Shown in pieces: positions 10,172-21,731 of a stretch of 64,000 bases of DNA (within the stretch, counting starts at the first letter, position 1; each line of letters starts with the position of its first letter). The DNA is taken from the NCBI GenBank assembly GCA_963822575.1, contig CAWGHZ010000005.1:108963-172962 (forward strand), given 5' to 3'. This DNA comes from an uncultured Alphaproteobacteria bacterium. GTDB lineage: Bacteria > Pseudomonadota > Alphaproteobacteria > MPNO01 > DASWLB01. The notes below the pieces were generated by a model. That model was not told the origin of the DNA. It made no database searches and was given only the letters and a program-made list of their open reading frames with translations. The position numbers were made by a program, and so were the translations under genes.

Positions 10172-11019
10172 CGGGCGCCCAGGAAGACGCGGTCCACCCG
10201 GTCCCACGCGAACTCGGCGAGGAGTGCGGCGAGGCGGCCTTCCATGCGGCCGAGATTGAGATAGTGGCGGAACCGCGTCTTGGCCGGCAGCCCCGCGGGG
10301 CGCGGCTGGGCGGGGTCGATCTCCCACGGGTGGAAGTAGAAGATCGCCGGCAGCCGGTCGGATTCGTTGAGGCGGCGGAGCGCCCAGCGGTAGGCGGGAT
10401 AGGGGGCGAGGCGGAAATAGCCGCCGCCGCCGCAGGGCAGGTTGCGGCCGGCCACGCGCAGGGTGGAGATCGGCACCTCCAGGACGCCGCTCTCGCCGCG
10501 CGGGCGATGGGCATGGCGCGGCGCGTCGGGCATGCCGTAATGGTCGTGCCGCACCGGGTAGATCGAGGACGAGTAGGCGTAACCCTCCTCGCCCAGCACG
10601 TCGAGCGCCCAGAGGTTCGCGGCCCCGATCGAGAACGAGGCGGCCCGGTAGCCGCCGACCGGGACGCCGCCCGTGTCCTCGAGTATCCGCTTGGTGCGGC
10701 GCACGTCGGCGCGGAATGCCTCCGGCGCCTGGTCGGTCGCGCGGAAATGGGCGTAGCCGTGGCTCGCCAGTTCGTGGCCTTCCGCCACGATCCGCCGGAT
10801 CAGGGCGGGGTGGCGCTCGGCCACCCAGCCCAGGGTGAAGAAGGTCGCCTTGGCATTCGCGTCCGCGAACAGCGCGAGCACGCGGTCGGTGTTGCGCTCG
10901 ACCCGCGAATCGAGCCCGTCCCAGTCGTCGCGGCTGACCGTGCCGCCGAAGGCACTGACCTGGAAGTGCTCCTCGACGTCGACCGACATCGCGTTGACGA
11001 TGGCGCCGGGCGCGGCCAC
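10168..11019 (-). CDS. XrtA-system polysaccharide deacetylase
   Basis: NAMSVDVEE, ATFFTLGW, HELASHGYAH, GGGYFRL, FYFHPWEID. Confidence 0.92.
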   Translation of the reverse strand: MAAPGAIVNAMSVDVEEHFQVSAFGGTVSRDDWDGLDSRVERNTDRVLALFADANAKATFFTLGWVAERHPALIRRIVAEGHELASHGYAHFRATDQAPEAFRADVRRTKRILEDTGGVPVGGYRAASFSIGAANLWALDVLGEEGYAYSSSIYPVRHDHYGMPDAPRHAHRPRGESGVLEVPISTLRVAGRNLPCGGGGYFRLAPYPAYRWALRRLNESDRLPAIFYFHPWEIDPAQPRPAGLPAKTRFRHYLNLGRMEGRLAALLAEFAWDRVDRVFLGAR

Positions 11020-12021
11020 CTAGCGGCCTCCCTTCAGCACCGTGATGCGGCGGCGCAGCTCGTCCATCGTCTCCACCCGGTCGGGCGCCGGGGCGGGCGT
11101 CCTCCAGCGGACGGGCGCGGCGGCGGCGGCGCGCCGGGACGGCGCCGGCGCGGGCGCTGGCGCTGGGGCCGGCGCCTCCTCGGGCCGCTCGATGAGCTGC
11201 GAGTGCTGCGTCCCCTCCTCGGCGAGCTCGGCCGCCACCTGCTCGACCACCGCCTCGTCGATGCGGTGCAGCTCCTCGAGCGAGCCGTAGAGGAGGAGCC
11301 GGCCGCACAGCGTGTTCACCCGGCGCGGCACGCCGCCGGTATGGGCGTGGATGCGGGCGAACGCGCCCTCCGCGAAGGTCGGGTCATCCTTCCAGCCGAC
11401 CATCGCCAGGCGATGGCGCATGTAGTCGCGCAGCTCGCCCTCGTCCAGCGGCTCGAGGTGGCAGGACGCGATCACCCGTTGGCGGAGCTGCTCCATGTCG
11501 GCGCGGCCGATGATGCGGCGGAATTCGGGCTGGCCCAGGAGGAAGCATTGCAGCAGCGGCTTGCCCTCGTGCTGGAAATTGGAGAGCATCCGGAGCTCCT
11601 CGAGCGCCGAGGGCGGGATGTTCTGCGCCTCGTCGACCACCAGCAGCGTGTGCTTGCCCATGCGCCGCGCCTCGATCAGGAAGGATTCGATGGCGCGCAG
11701 GAGGCTCGCCTTGTCCACCCCCTCGTGCTTGAGCCCGTAGGCCGACGCGACCATGCGGAGGGCATCGTCCGCCTCCAAGAGCGTCGTCACCACGTGGCCG
11801 TAGACGAACCGCTCGCGGTCGATCCGGTTCAGCATGTTGCCGACCAGCGTGGTCTTGCCGGTGCCGACGGGCCCGGTGACGACGATGAACCCCTCGCGTT
11901 CGTTCAGCCCGAAGGACAGGTAGGCCATCGCCTTGCGGTGGCTGCGGCTCGCGTAGAAGAAGCGCGGGTCGGGGCTGAGCTGAAATGGCCGGCCGGTCAG
12001 GTTGTAGAAGGCGGCGTACAT
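11020..12021 (-). CDS. XrtA/PEP-CTERM-associated ExeA-like AAA ATPase
   Basis: MY..FYNL..RPFQLSPDP start, Walker A GPVGTGKT, Walker B VVDEAQN, GGVPRRVN. Confidence 0.92.
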   Translation of the reverse strand: MYAAFYNLTGRPFQLSPDPRFFYASRSHRKAMAYLSFGLNEREGFIVVTGPVGTGKTTLVGNMLNRIDRERFVYGHVVTTLLEADDALRMVASAYGLKHEGVDKASLLRAIESFLIEARRMGKHTLLVVDEAQNIPPSALEELRMLSNFQHEGKPLLQCFLLGQPEFRRIIGRADMEQLRQRVIASCHLEPLDEGELRDYMRHRLAMVGWKDDPTFAEGAFARIHAHTGGVPRRVNTLCGRLLLYGSLEELHRIDEAVVEQVAAELAEEGTQHSQLIERPEEAPAPAPAPAPAPSRRAAAAAPVRWRTPAPAPDRVETMDELRRRITVLKGGR

Positions 12022-12025
12022 CCCG

Positions 12026-13537
12026 TCAGAACCTCTTGCGAAGGGCGAGGGAGATCGACGTCTCGTTCGTGACCCGCGACTCGACATTGGAATCGAGCCG
12101 CGAGGTGTTGGCGACGAGCGTGGCGGTCGCGGTCGGGGTGAGGAGGTAGTTCAGGCTGACGCTGCCGACAAGGCGGCGATCGTTCTCGTTGTTGGGCTGC
12201 TGGTCGGTTGTCTGGAAATTGGCCGTCAGAGCGCCCGAAAGGCGGTGGTTGATCTGGCGCGTCCATGTCAGGCTGACGTTGTTGGTGGTCTGCGCCGTGC
12301 CGGTCTGGCCGGTGGGCTGGTCGGTGGTCCGGTCGGCGTGGCTGAACACGGCCGAGAAGGTGTTGCGCCCGCGCGAGCCGTTGAGCCCCATCCTGAAGGT
12401 GGTGGTGCGCGACGTCTGACTCTGCGCCGCGAAGTCCAGCGCGCCCGGCGAGAACGGCAGGCCGGTGCGCGAATCGATGAACTGGCCGGGATTCAGCGGG
12501 TCGGGCACGGCGAAGGCCAGGGAGGTCGCAATCTGCTGCTGCGTAAACGTCAGTGCCTCGTCGTAACTGGTGGTGATGGTGGTGCGCGTCGACAGCCGGT
12601 AGGCGCCGCTGAAGCTGAAGAAGTTCGAATTGTCGCGGTGGTTGTAGTTCACCGTGAAGCTGGTGCGCGGGCCGGGATTGAGCCTGACCCCGACATTCCA
12701 GGTGATGCCGTGCGGCGGCTGGTTCAGGGTGGCGTCCTTGACGTCCTGCCAGCCCAGCCCGCCGAGCAGGGCGTATTGCCGGTTGATGACGTAGGTGACG
12801 TTGCTGTTGATGGTCTTCGACTTGATGCCGGACAGTTCGTCGCCGCGGCCGGTCCTTGTGTCGTTCGCGGTCGCCGACCACAGGACGCGGGTGAAGGCGC
12901 GCCCGCTGGTCGCCCGGAATGTCGTGGCGTTGATCCGAGTCGACGTGTTGGCGGCGCCGAGCGCGGCGCTGGAAAGCGCGCCATTCGCGTTCGCGGCGCT
13001 GGTGGCCTTGCCCGAAACCTCGCTGTGGGTGATGGTCGAGACGGTGTCGACGTAGGAGCCGAAATGGTGCAGGAAGCGCGGTCCCGCCTGCCAGCTCGCC
13101 GTGTCGGCGGCGTTGACCGCATTGACGCCGGGCGTGGCCGAGGTGGCCAGGGCAGGATTGATCGCATGGCGGAAGATCGCGGCGTTGGCGTCGAAGAAGA
13201 GCTGTCTCTGCCACAATTCGGCCGTCCCGGTCGCGGTCAGATTGTTGCTCAGGTCGTCGCGATTCGATTCGCGCTTGTAGAGGCTGAGGTTGGCCACGTA
13301 GTTCAGGTTGAGGTTCACGCGCCCGCCGGCGCCGACCACGGAGACGGCAGGCGACAGCGAAGTGATCAGGTCGGACTTCTTCTTCGTGTCACCCGTGGCC
13401 AGGTTCACGTTGGTGGTATAGGTCTCGCTCGCCCCGGCGCTCGGCGAGATGGTCCATCGCGCCGCCCAAGCCGGTGCTCCGCCGACAACCGCGCCCGTCC
13501 CGGCCGCGGCCAGTGCGAGGGCGGCGGTGCGCCGCAT
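12026..13537 (-). CDS. PEP-CTERM system outer-membrane beta-barrel (TIGR03016-like)
   Basis: Signal peptide, SETYTTNVNL, amphipathic strands, terminal Phe (LRKRF); locus position. Confidence 0.85.
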   Translation of the reverse strand: MRRTAALALAAAGTGAVVGGAPAWAARWTISPSAGASETYTTNVNLATGDTKKKSDLITSLSPAVSVVGAGGRVNLNLNYVANLSLYKRESNRDDLSNNLTATGTAELWQRQLFFDANAAIFRHAINPALATSATPGVNAVNAADTASWQAGPRFLHHFGSYVDTVSTITHSEVSGKATSAANANGALSSAALGAANTSTRINATTFRATSGRAFTRVLWSATANDTRTGRGDELSGIKSKTINSNVTYVINRQYALLGGLGWQDVKDATLNQPPHGITWNVGVRLNPGPRTSFTVNYNHRDNSNFFSFSGAYRLSTRTTITTSYDEALTFTQQQIATSLAFAVPDPLNPGQFIDSRTGLPFSPGALDFAAQSQTSRTTTFRMGLNGSRGRNTFSAVFSHADRTTDQPTGQTGTAQTTNNVSLTWTRQINHRLSGALTANFQTTDQQPNNENDRRLVGSVSLNYLLTPTATATLVANTSRLDSNVESRVTNETSISLALRKRF

Positions 13538-13591
13538 CGCCCGCCCGTAAGAACTACGTCTAGCCAGCCCGTCCCCCCGCGGTCGCAGGGA

Positions 13592-14548
13592 TCAGCGATA
13601 ATAGCCGTAATAAGCCCCGAACCGCTCGCTACTGCCCCTCGACTGGGACTTGTTTAGCAAAAGGCTGATGTGCTTGCACGAGGCAATGAGGCCCAGTGCG
13701 TTTTCCACCGCCTGCTGCGCCGTCCGCTGAGCCTCGACCACGAACAGCGTCTGGCCGACATGGAGCGCCAGGACGCCCGGCACGCTCGACATCAGGACCG
13801 GGGGGGAATCGAAGATGATCACGCGGTCGGGGTAGCGGCGCGCGATGTCCTTGACGAACTGCTCCATCTTGTCGCTGGCCAGAAGTTCGGTCGCCAGATG
13901 GTGCTGTCGGCCTGCCGGCAGCAGGACCAGGTTATCGAGATCGGTGCGAATCAGCACGTCCGAGAGTTCGAGGTCGTCGTCGGCGATCAGGTCGACGAGG
14001 CCCTTCTCTCCTTCGATGCCGAGCACGTTCGGCACGTCGGGCTTGGCGACGTCGGCGTCGATCAGCAGCACCGTCAGGTCGCGCTCGAGCGCGATCGACA
14101 TGGCGAGGCTCACGGCGCAGAACGTCTTGCCCTCGCCCGACTTGGCGCTGGTCACCATGATCAGGTTGCCGTTCTCGATGTCGTCCGGCGGGCTCGCGAA
14201 CGCGTTCAGCAGGAGCGGCCGCTTGATCAGCCGGAACTCCTCGGCGATCTGCGAGCGTTCCATGTGCGAGGTGACGAGGCCGGAGGCGCGCAGCGCGTCC
14301 ATGTCGAGCTTGACACGATTGCGGGTGAAACGCCGTCCCTCCGCCTCGCGCGGTACGGCAGGCGGAGGCGGCGCTTCCATCACGCCGGCGGCGGTCTGCG
14401 TGGCCGATGCCGCGTGCTCGACCGGCGCGGCCAGTGCGTCGGGGTCGGGCTCGTGCCCGCCGTGGCGCGCCAGTCGCTCGGCCGCGCGCTCCACCAGCGA
14501 GCGGGTGTGGCCGCCGGGGCTCGTGTCCTTGTCGCGGTTCGCCGTCAT
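13592..14548 (-). CDS. XrtA-associated tyrosine autokinase
   Basis: AEEFRLIKRPLL, Walker A GEGKT, IDAD, IFDSPP, C-terminal YYGYY cluster. Confidence 0.92.
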   Translation of the reverse strand: MTANRDKDTSPGGHTRSLVERAAERLARHGGHEPDPDALAAPVEHAASATQTAAGVMEAPPPPAVPREAEGRRFTRNRVKLDMDALRASGLVTSHMERSQIAEEFRLIKRPLLLNAFASPPDDIENGNLIMVTSAKSGEGKTFCAVSLAMSIALERDLTVLLIDADVAKPDVPNVLGIEGEKGLVDLIADDDLELSDVLIRTDLDNLVLLPAGRQHHLATELLASDKMEQFVKDIARRYPDRVIIFDSPPVLMSSVPGVLALHVGQTLFVVEAQRTAQQAVENALGLIASCKHISLLLNKSQSRGSSERFGAYYGYYR

Positions 14549-14557
14549 CGCGCGCCC

Positions 14558-16153
14558 TCAGACCTGGTGCAGCATTTCGACGGCGACCAGGCCGCCGAAG
14601 GCGGCGAACAGGCCGGCGCACACCATGAAGAAAAAGACCACCTCACGCCGCTCACGCCAGCGGTCGCCGGCCGAAACGATCGCGGTGACGCTGCCGAGTA
14701 CCGGCAAGTTGAAGGTCGAGCGCAGCGCCTGCACGGTGGTGAACGAGGAATGGATCTGGCCCATCAGGAAGGCGAAGGCGACGCCGGCGCCGATGCCGGC
14801 CGCCAGCACCATGGCCAAGAACAACGGCCGGTTCGGGCCCGCCGGCTTGGCGGGCAGCAGCGGTGGGTCGATCACGCGGAACTGCACCTTCTGCGCCTTG
14901 GTCTCCATGTCGCGCGCCATCTTGGCCGATTCCTGCCGCTGGCGCAGTTCCTCGTAGCCCCTTTTGATGATGCCGTAGTCGCGATTCAGCTTGGAGAGTT
15001 CGGTCTCGACCTGCGGCGCCGTACTGGCAAGGCTCGCCCACTTGGCGATCTCCTCTTTCTGGCCAACCGTGCGCTGCTGGAGCGCGGCGACCACCGCCTC
15101 CTGCTTGACGAGTTGCAGCTTGATCTGCTCGTAGAGCGGGTTCGGCACCTTGTTGGGCGCGGACGCCGGGACCGCCACGGGCTGGGCCGCGTTCTGCTGG
15201 GCGATCTTGGCCTTGGCCTCCTCCTCCTTCTTCTGCTGCGCCTTCAGCTCGGCGATGCGCTTGCGCGCCATGATCACGTCAGGATGCTTGTCGGTATAGC
15301 GCATCAACAAGGCGTCGACGTTCTTTTCCATCTCGTAGATGCGGAGATTGAGGTCCGATTCCGGGCCGAACTGTTGCGACGACACCATCGCCATCGACGC
15401 CGAATCGGATTTCGGCGACTCGAAGAACTGCGGCACCTCGGCGAGCTGCTTCTGCAGGGAATCGCGCACCTTGACCGCCTCGTTGACGAACGCTTCGGTG
15501 CGCTGCAACTCCCCCTGCACCTGGTTCAAATGCTGGTGATAGGTCTGGTCGCCGGGCAGAAGCCCCATGTTCTTCGCCTTGAACTCGGCGATCTTGGCCT
15601 CCTGCTCGTTGAGCTGGCGCTCGTAGTCGGCGAGCTGGTCCTTAAGGAAGCGGCTCGCCGAGTCCATATCCTTGCGGCTCGCGCCCAGATTGCCTTCGAC
15701 GAAGATCTGCAGCACCGCCTGGACCACCCGCTTGGCGATCTGGCGGTCGGTATCAGTGTAGGCGATGCGGAACAGGTTGCGGCCCTGCTGGCGGATGGTC
15801 AGCTTCTTGCGCAGGTCATCGAGCAGCGCCTCCTTCTCCTCCGGCGTGGTGACGCGGAGGTCGAGATCGGTGAGCAGCGCGATCTTCTCCAGGTTGGGCC
15901 GGCTGAACAGGGTGCGCTGCATCAGGTCGATCTGCTGGAACAGGTTCATTTCGACCGCGAGCCCGCGCATGAGGGGACCCAGCATCGTGTCCATGTCGAC
16001 ATATACGCGCGCCGAAGATTCGTAGCGGTCCGGCAGGCTCGCCACCATGGTCCAGCCTGCGCCGCACAGCAGCCACGCGATGGCGGCTACGTACCAGCGC
16101 CGCCGCCAGACGTCGGCGATCGCCGCGACAACCTGTGCAAAAAGGTCGTTCAT
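14558..16153 (-). CDS. XrtA-system polysaccharide chain-length determinant
   Basis: Two TM segments flanking coiled coils; YTDKHPDV, FRVIDPP..P..P.GPNR. Confidence 0.92.
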   Translation of the reverse strand: MNDLFAQVVAAIADVWRRRWYVAAIAWLLCGAGWTMVASLPDRYESSARVYVDMDTMLGPLMRGLAVEMNLFQQIDLMQRTLFSRPNLEKIALLTDLDLRVTTPEEKEALLDDLRKKLTIRQQGRNLFRIAYTDTDRQIAKRVVQAVLQIFVEGNLGASRKDMDSASRFLKDQLADYERQLNEQEAKIAEFKAKNMGLLPGDQTYHQHLNQVQGELQRTEAFVNEAVKVRDSLQKQLAEVPQFFESPKSDSASMAMVSSQQFGPESDLNLRIYEMEKNVDALLMRYTDKHPDVIMARKRIAELKAQQKKEEEAKAKIAQQNAAQPVAVPASAPNKVPNPLYEQIKLQLVKQEAVVAALQQRTVGQKEEIAKWASLASTAPQVETELSKLNRDYGIIKRGYEELRQRQESAKMARDMETKAQKVQFRVIDPPLLPAKPAGPNRPLFLAMVLAAGIGAGVAFAFLMGQIHSSFTTVQALRSTFNLPVLGSVTAIVSAGDRWRERREVVFFFMVCAGLFAAFGGLVAVEMLHQV

Positions 16154-16359
16154 CTCCGCAAGCTACCCCGGTGCCGACGGCTGGCCGACGACGGCGCCTG
16201 GCGCTCGTTATCGTAACCGGTCATACGTCTTTCTTTCGTTGACCACTTCGCGCAAACGCTCGAAACGCCCGATCGTTCACGCCGTTTACCGATTTGCCGA
16301 CACTCGCCTTCAGTTGTCGAGCCGCGCGCCTCTCGCGGCACGACCCTAGTTGGCCTCGG

Positions 16360-16374
16360 TTAAACGGCGGTTAC
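16360..16374. promoter_or_regulatory. CtrA-like box upstream of the XrtA operon
   Basis: TTAA-ACGGCGG-TTAC (GTAA-N7-TTAAC on the minus strand). Confidence 0.4.
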
Positions 16375-16624
16375 TTCGACGGAGGCAACGGCGTCACGCC
16401 GGACGCGCCCTGTCTTCGCGTCGGGCACGACGGTGCGGCCCGTAAGTGGCCCCAATCGGTGCGACGGACAGTCCGAAGCGCCCCTCATCGATTGCCTCGC
16501 ACGCCAGCAGTGGCAATCTACTCGACGCCCTGAAGCCCGGCAAGGGAATCCGGGGCTTCTGTGATGCTTGACACAACCATCCCACATGCCGCTCGCCGGC
16601 CACCGAGTGCGCCATTCCGGCCGT

Positions 16625-17698
16625 TCACACCCGGGCGAAGACCGCCGCCCAGTCCGCCACCATGCCGCGCTGTCCATAGCGCACGTGGGTCGAGAACTGG
16701 GTGAACCCCGCCGCGCGCAGGGCTTGCAGCCGCTCGACCAGCTCGGCGGCGGTCGCGGTCATGGTGACGGCCCCGATCAGCGGGGCATCGATCAGATGCG
16801 CCTCCTCCGGCCGGACCACCATCAGATGGCCGCGATGGACCGAAAGATGGCGGGTTTCCGGGGGTCCGTAGGATTCGTAGAGGGGCCGGAAGGCGGCCAG
16901 CCGCTCGGCGATGACGGGCGAAACCGCGTGGCCGGACGAGCCCTGCGCCGGCTGCTCGGCCAGATCGTGCAGCACGATGGCGGCCGAAGGCCCGGCTTGC
17001 GCCTTCGCGCGCGGGCTGTCGGCCGGCTCGCCCTCGGCCAGGACGCAGCCGCCGCCGACCCCGACCACGCGCAAATCGGCCAGGTCGCGGCCGGCTTCGC
17101 ACCAGGCGGCCTTGATCTCGGCGATGGCGGCAAGCCCGCCGGCGACGCTGCCGACCGGGGTGACGAAGCCGGCGCCCAGCTCGGCCGCCAGCTTGCGCGA
17201 CCGCGGCCCCAGCGCCGAGACGTAAAGCGGGATGGGGCGGTCGAGGTCGATCGGCCCCAGCTCCGGGTTGAGGAAGCGCACTTTTCGCGCTGCGCCTTCG
17301 AGGTCGATCTCGACCGTCTCGCCCGCCAGCAGCCCTTGCACGGCCCGGATGTAGTCGGCGAGGGCGGCCAGCTTGATCGGCCCCATTCCCATGGCGCGCC
17401 GGGCGGTGAAGCCGGTCGCCGTGCCGAAGCGGATGCGTCCCGGCGCGAGGCGGTTGAGCGAGGCGAGCCCGTTGGCCGCCACCGGGGCGATCCGGTTGGA
17501 CGGGATCAGCATGCCGGTGGCGAGGTGGATGCGCTCGGTCTTCACCGCCGCCGCCGCCATGGCGACGAACAGGTCCGCGTTGATCGTCTGGCTGTCGATG
17601 AACCAGGCGCAGTCGATCCCTGCCGCCTCGGCCGCCTGCACGACGCACCACGAATCCGCCGCCGGCGCTATGTTGATGCCGAACTCCATACCGCTCAT
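16625..17698 (-). CDS. LLM-class flavin-dependent oxidoreductase
   Basis: AEAAG.D.AWF.DSQ, TERIHLATG, LAPGRIRFG, IPLYVSALGPRS. Confidence 0.88.
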   Translation of the reverse strand: MSGMEFGINIAPAADSWCVVQAAEAAGIDCAWFIDSQTINADLFVAMAAAAVKTERIHLATGMLIPSNRIAPVAANGLASLNRLAPGRIRFGTATGFTARRAMGMGPIKLAALADYIRAVQGLLAGETVEIDLEGAARKVRFLNPELGPIDLDRPIPLYVSALGPRSRKLAAELGAGFVTPVGSVAGGLAAIAEIKAAWCEAGRDLADLRVVGVGGGCVLAEGEPADSPRAKAQAGPSAAIVLHDLAEQPAQGSSGHAVSPVIAERLAAFRPLYESYGPPETRHLSVHRGHLMVVRPEEAHLIDAPLIGAVTMTATAAELVERLQALRAAGFTQFSTHVRYGQRGMVADWAAVFARV

Positions 17699-17738
17699 GC
17701 TACGGTCGTTGGCGGCGCGTGCCAATCGGGAGGCGGCG

Positions 17739-18355
17739 ATGGCGACCGAGATCGAAACCCGCACGGCTTCCGCGTCCGGCCCGGGCACCGGGCTGCGCGG
17801 CGTGCACCACCTCGCGCTCAACACCGACGACATGAAGGCGACGCTCGACTTCTATTGCGGCCTCCTCGGCATGCCCCTCGTGCATACGCTGGTGACCGCG
17901 CCGGGCGGGACCGAGCGGTCGAAGACGCGTGGCAGCCCGCCCTTCGAGTGCGTGCGCCACTATTTCTTCGACATGGGCGGCGATTCGCTGCTCGCCTTCT
18001 TCGAGTTCCCGAAGGGGGTGGCAAGGGGCGACCGCAACACGCTCGCCGCCATGCAGCATCTCTCGTTCGCGGTCGCGCCCGAGCGGTTCGACGAGATTCT
18101 CGCGCGGCTTCAGGCCGCGGGGGTGAGGATCATCGACGGGCCGTTCTGCTCGGTCCCGCCGACCACCTGGTCGTTCTACTTCTTCGACAACAACGGCATA
18201 AGACTGGAGGTCTCGACCAACAAGGCGGCGGCCGCGGGCGAGGTCGACTGCGTGCGCTCCTGCACCCAGACCCGCGAGCATATTCGCGCCGAGCTCGAGA
18301 CGCTGACCGACGACGCCGCGTGGATCGAAGCGATGCTCGCGACCGTGCCGGAGGG

Positions 18356-18359
<4 letters not shown>
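17739..18359 (+). CDS. VOC/glyoxalase family protein
   Basis: [43 protein letters not shown]; GGAGG RBS. Confidence 0.88.
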
Positions 18360-20164
<1,805 letters not shown>

Positions 20165-20249
20165 GACATGTAGGGGTTTCGCAGGGTCCGCGCAACCGAG
20201 CGCGCGCGTCGCGCGGCCGTCACCCGCACGTCGCTCGAAGGTCGTGCTT

Positions 20250-20394
20250 ATGTCGCTCGATGTCGCCTCATGTCGCCTGAAGGTAACCCGTATGTCGCCT
20301 CAATGTCTCCTCATGTCTCCCGATGTCGCCTCACAACCGATTGAAATCGTTACAATGTCGCCTCAAATGACGAAAAAACCGGTTCAGGCGACAT
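20250..20394. repeat. Cluster of 10-bp repeats, consensus ATGTCGCCTC (8 direct, 1 inverted)
   Basis: Copies start at 20250, 20260, 20270, 20292, 20303, 20313, 20323 and 20355; inverted CAGGCGACAT at 20385-20394. Confidence 0.85.
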
Positions 20395-20448
20395 CCGCCG
20401 GCCCGAGCGGACCGCAGCTTGTGCCATATAGGATTATTTGCCGGAAGA

Positions 20449-20523
20449 TCAAGGCCGCGAATAGCCCGCGATGTCGGCGGCCATGATCGCGGCGAGGCGT
20501 CGCTGGGTGCGGGTTTCCGGCAC
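20449..20523 (-). pseudogene. N-terminal remnant of a class III adenylate/guanylate cyclase
   Basis: GAAGGGG RBS, GTG start, peptide [24 protein letters not shown] then stop; matches the RRLAAI.AAD..GYSRL cyclase start. Confidence 0.75.
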
Positions 20524-20606
20524 GCTGGACCCCTTCGAGGACCGGTGCCGCCAACCTTACGCCGCGCCCGCCGGCCCGTCCACGCCCGCCGGCCCTGGAC
20601 CTCGCC

Positions 20607-21632
20607 CTACTTCCCCGCGCGGAGCCGGGCGAGCTCCGCCTCGTAGGCGGCGAGCGCCTGGGCGCCGCCGGGCGTCGCCTTGACCCAGGCGTCGGCGACC
20701 TTCTTGGCGGCGGCGCGCCAGACCGCCTGGTCGGCGGCGGGGATGTCCTCCATCTTGTGGCCGGCCATGGCGGCGACCCTGGCCTTGGTCTTGTTGGCGT
20801 CGGCGTCTGTGGCGAGCCCCAGCTCGCGCGACAGGACGGCGCCCGAGCGGGCGTCGACCGCCTTCTTGGCGACCGCGGGCAGGCGCGCGTAGCTCTGCTT
20901 GTTCATCACGACGAAGCCCGGGCTCATCCCCAGCGGCGCCTCCAGGTGGTACTTCGTCACCTCGTAGAGCTTGAAGGTCGCGACGGCGTTCCACGCGGTG
21001 ACGATGCCGTCGATCACGCCGCGGCTGATGCTCTGGTAGGTGTCGGTCGGCTGGATGGCGAGCGGCGTGGCGCCGAGCTGCTCGATCACGTTGCCGATCA
21101 GCTTGATCGACACGCTGAGCTTCAGGCCCTTGAGGTCGGCGACGCCCGCGATCGGCTTGGCCAGGTGGACCGTCGAGTTGGGGAAGGTGAAGAGCCCCAG
21201 CGGCTTCACCTTGGCGAGCTCGCCCGCGAGCGTGCCGTTGGCGTAGAGCCGCCACATCGCGACCGAGGATTCGGAGGCGTTGCGCGCCTCGAACGGCAGC
21301 GACACGACCTGGACGATCGGGAACTGGCGGGCGATCGGGCCGAAGATGCCGAACCCGATGTCGGAGACGCCCGCGACCGTGCGGTCGTAGACCACCCGGA
21401 AATCGCCGAGCGCCGAGCCCGCGAAGATCTGCGCGTGCACCGCGTCGGGCGCGGTCGCGTTCACCTCCTTCACCCAATGGCCGAACACGTCGCGGACCAG
21501 GAAGGAGTTGGGCGGCGCCGGCACGCCGAAGCGGAGCGCCATCGGCTCGCCCGCGCGGGCGGGCAGCCCGGCCGCAAGGGCGAGCGCCGCCGCCAGGGCG
21601 AGGACGGGCGGGCGCAGGGTCGGACGGAGCAT
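20607..21632 (-). CDS. TRAP transporter substrate-binding protein (DctP family)
   Basis: Signal peptide, ADLKGLKL, LGATP, YQSISRGVIDG, KLYEVTKYH, MNK.SY..LP. Confidence 0.88.
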   Translation of the reverse strand: MLRPTLRPPVLALAAALALAAGLPARAGEPMALRFGVPAPPNSFLVRDVFGHWVKEVNATAPDAVHAQIFAGSALGDFRVVYDRTVAGVSDIGFGIFGPIARQFPIVQVVSLPFEARNASESSVAMWRLYANGTLAGELAKVKPLGLFTFPNSTVHLAKPIAGVADLKGLKLSVSIKLIGNVIEQLGATPLAIQPTDTYQSISRGVIDGIVTAWNAVATFKLYEVTKYHLEAPLGMSPGFVVMNKQSYARLPAVAKKAVDARSGAVLSRELGLATDADANKTKARVAAMAGHKMEDIPAADQAVWRAAAKKVADAWVKATPGGAQALAAYEAELARLRAGK

Positions 21633-21731
21633 GGCTTCCCCCCTTGTTCTGAAGCTATTGTCGGGCGATTAGTGCAGACCCGCCGACCGGCGTCAATCGC
21701 GGCCGGTCAGCGATCCACGGGAGCGGAGCGG

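Noticed and set aside
20250-20394. CRISPR array
   Set aside because: Repeats are only 10 bp and mostly abut, with no unique spacers and no cas genes.
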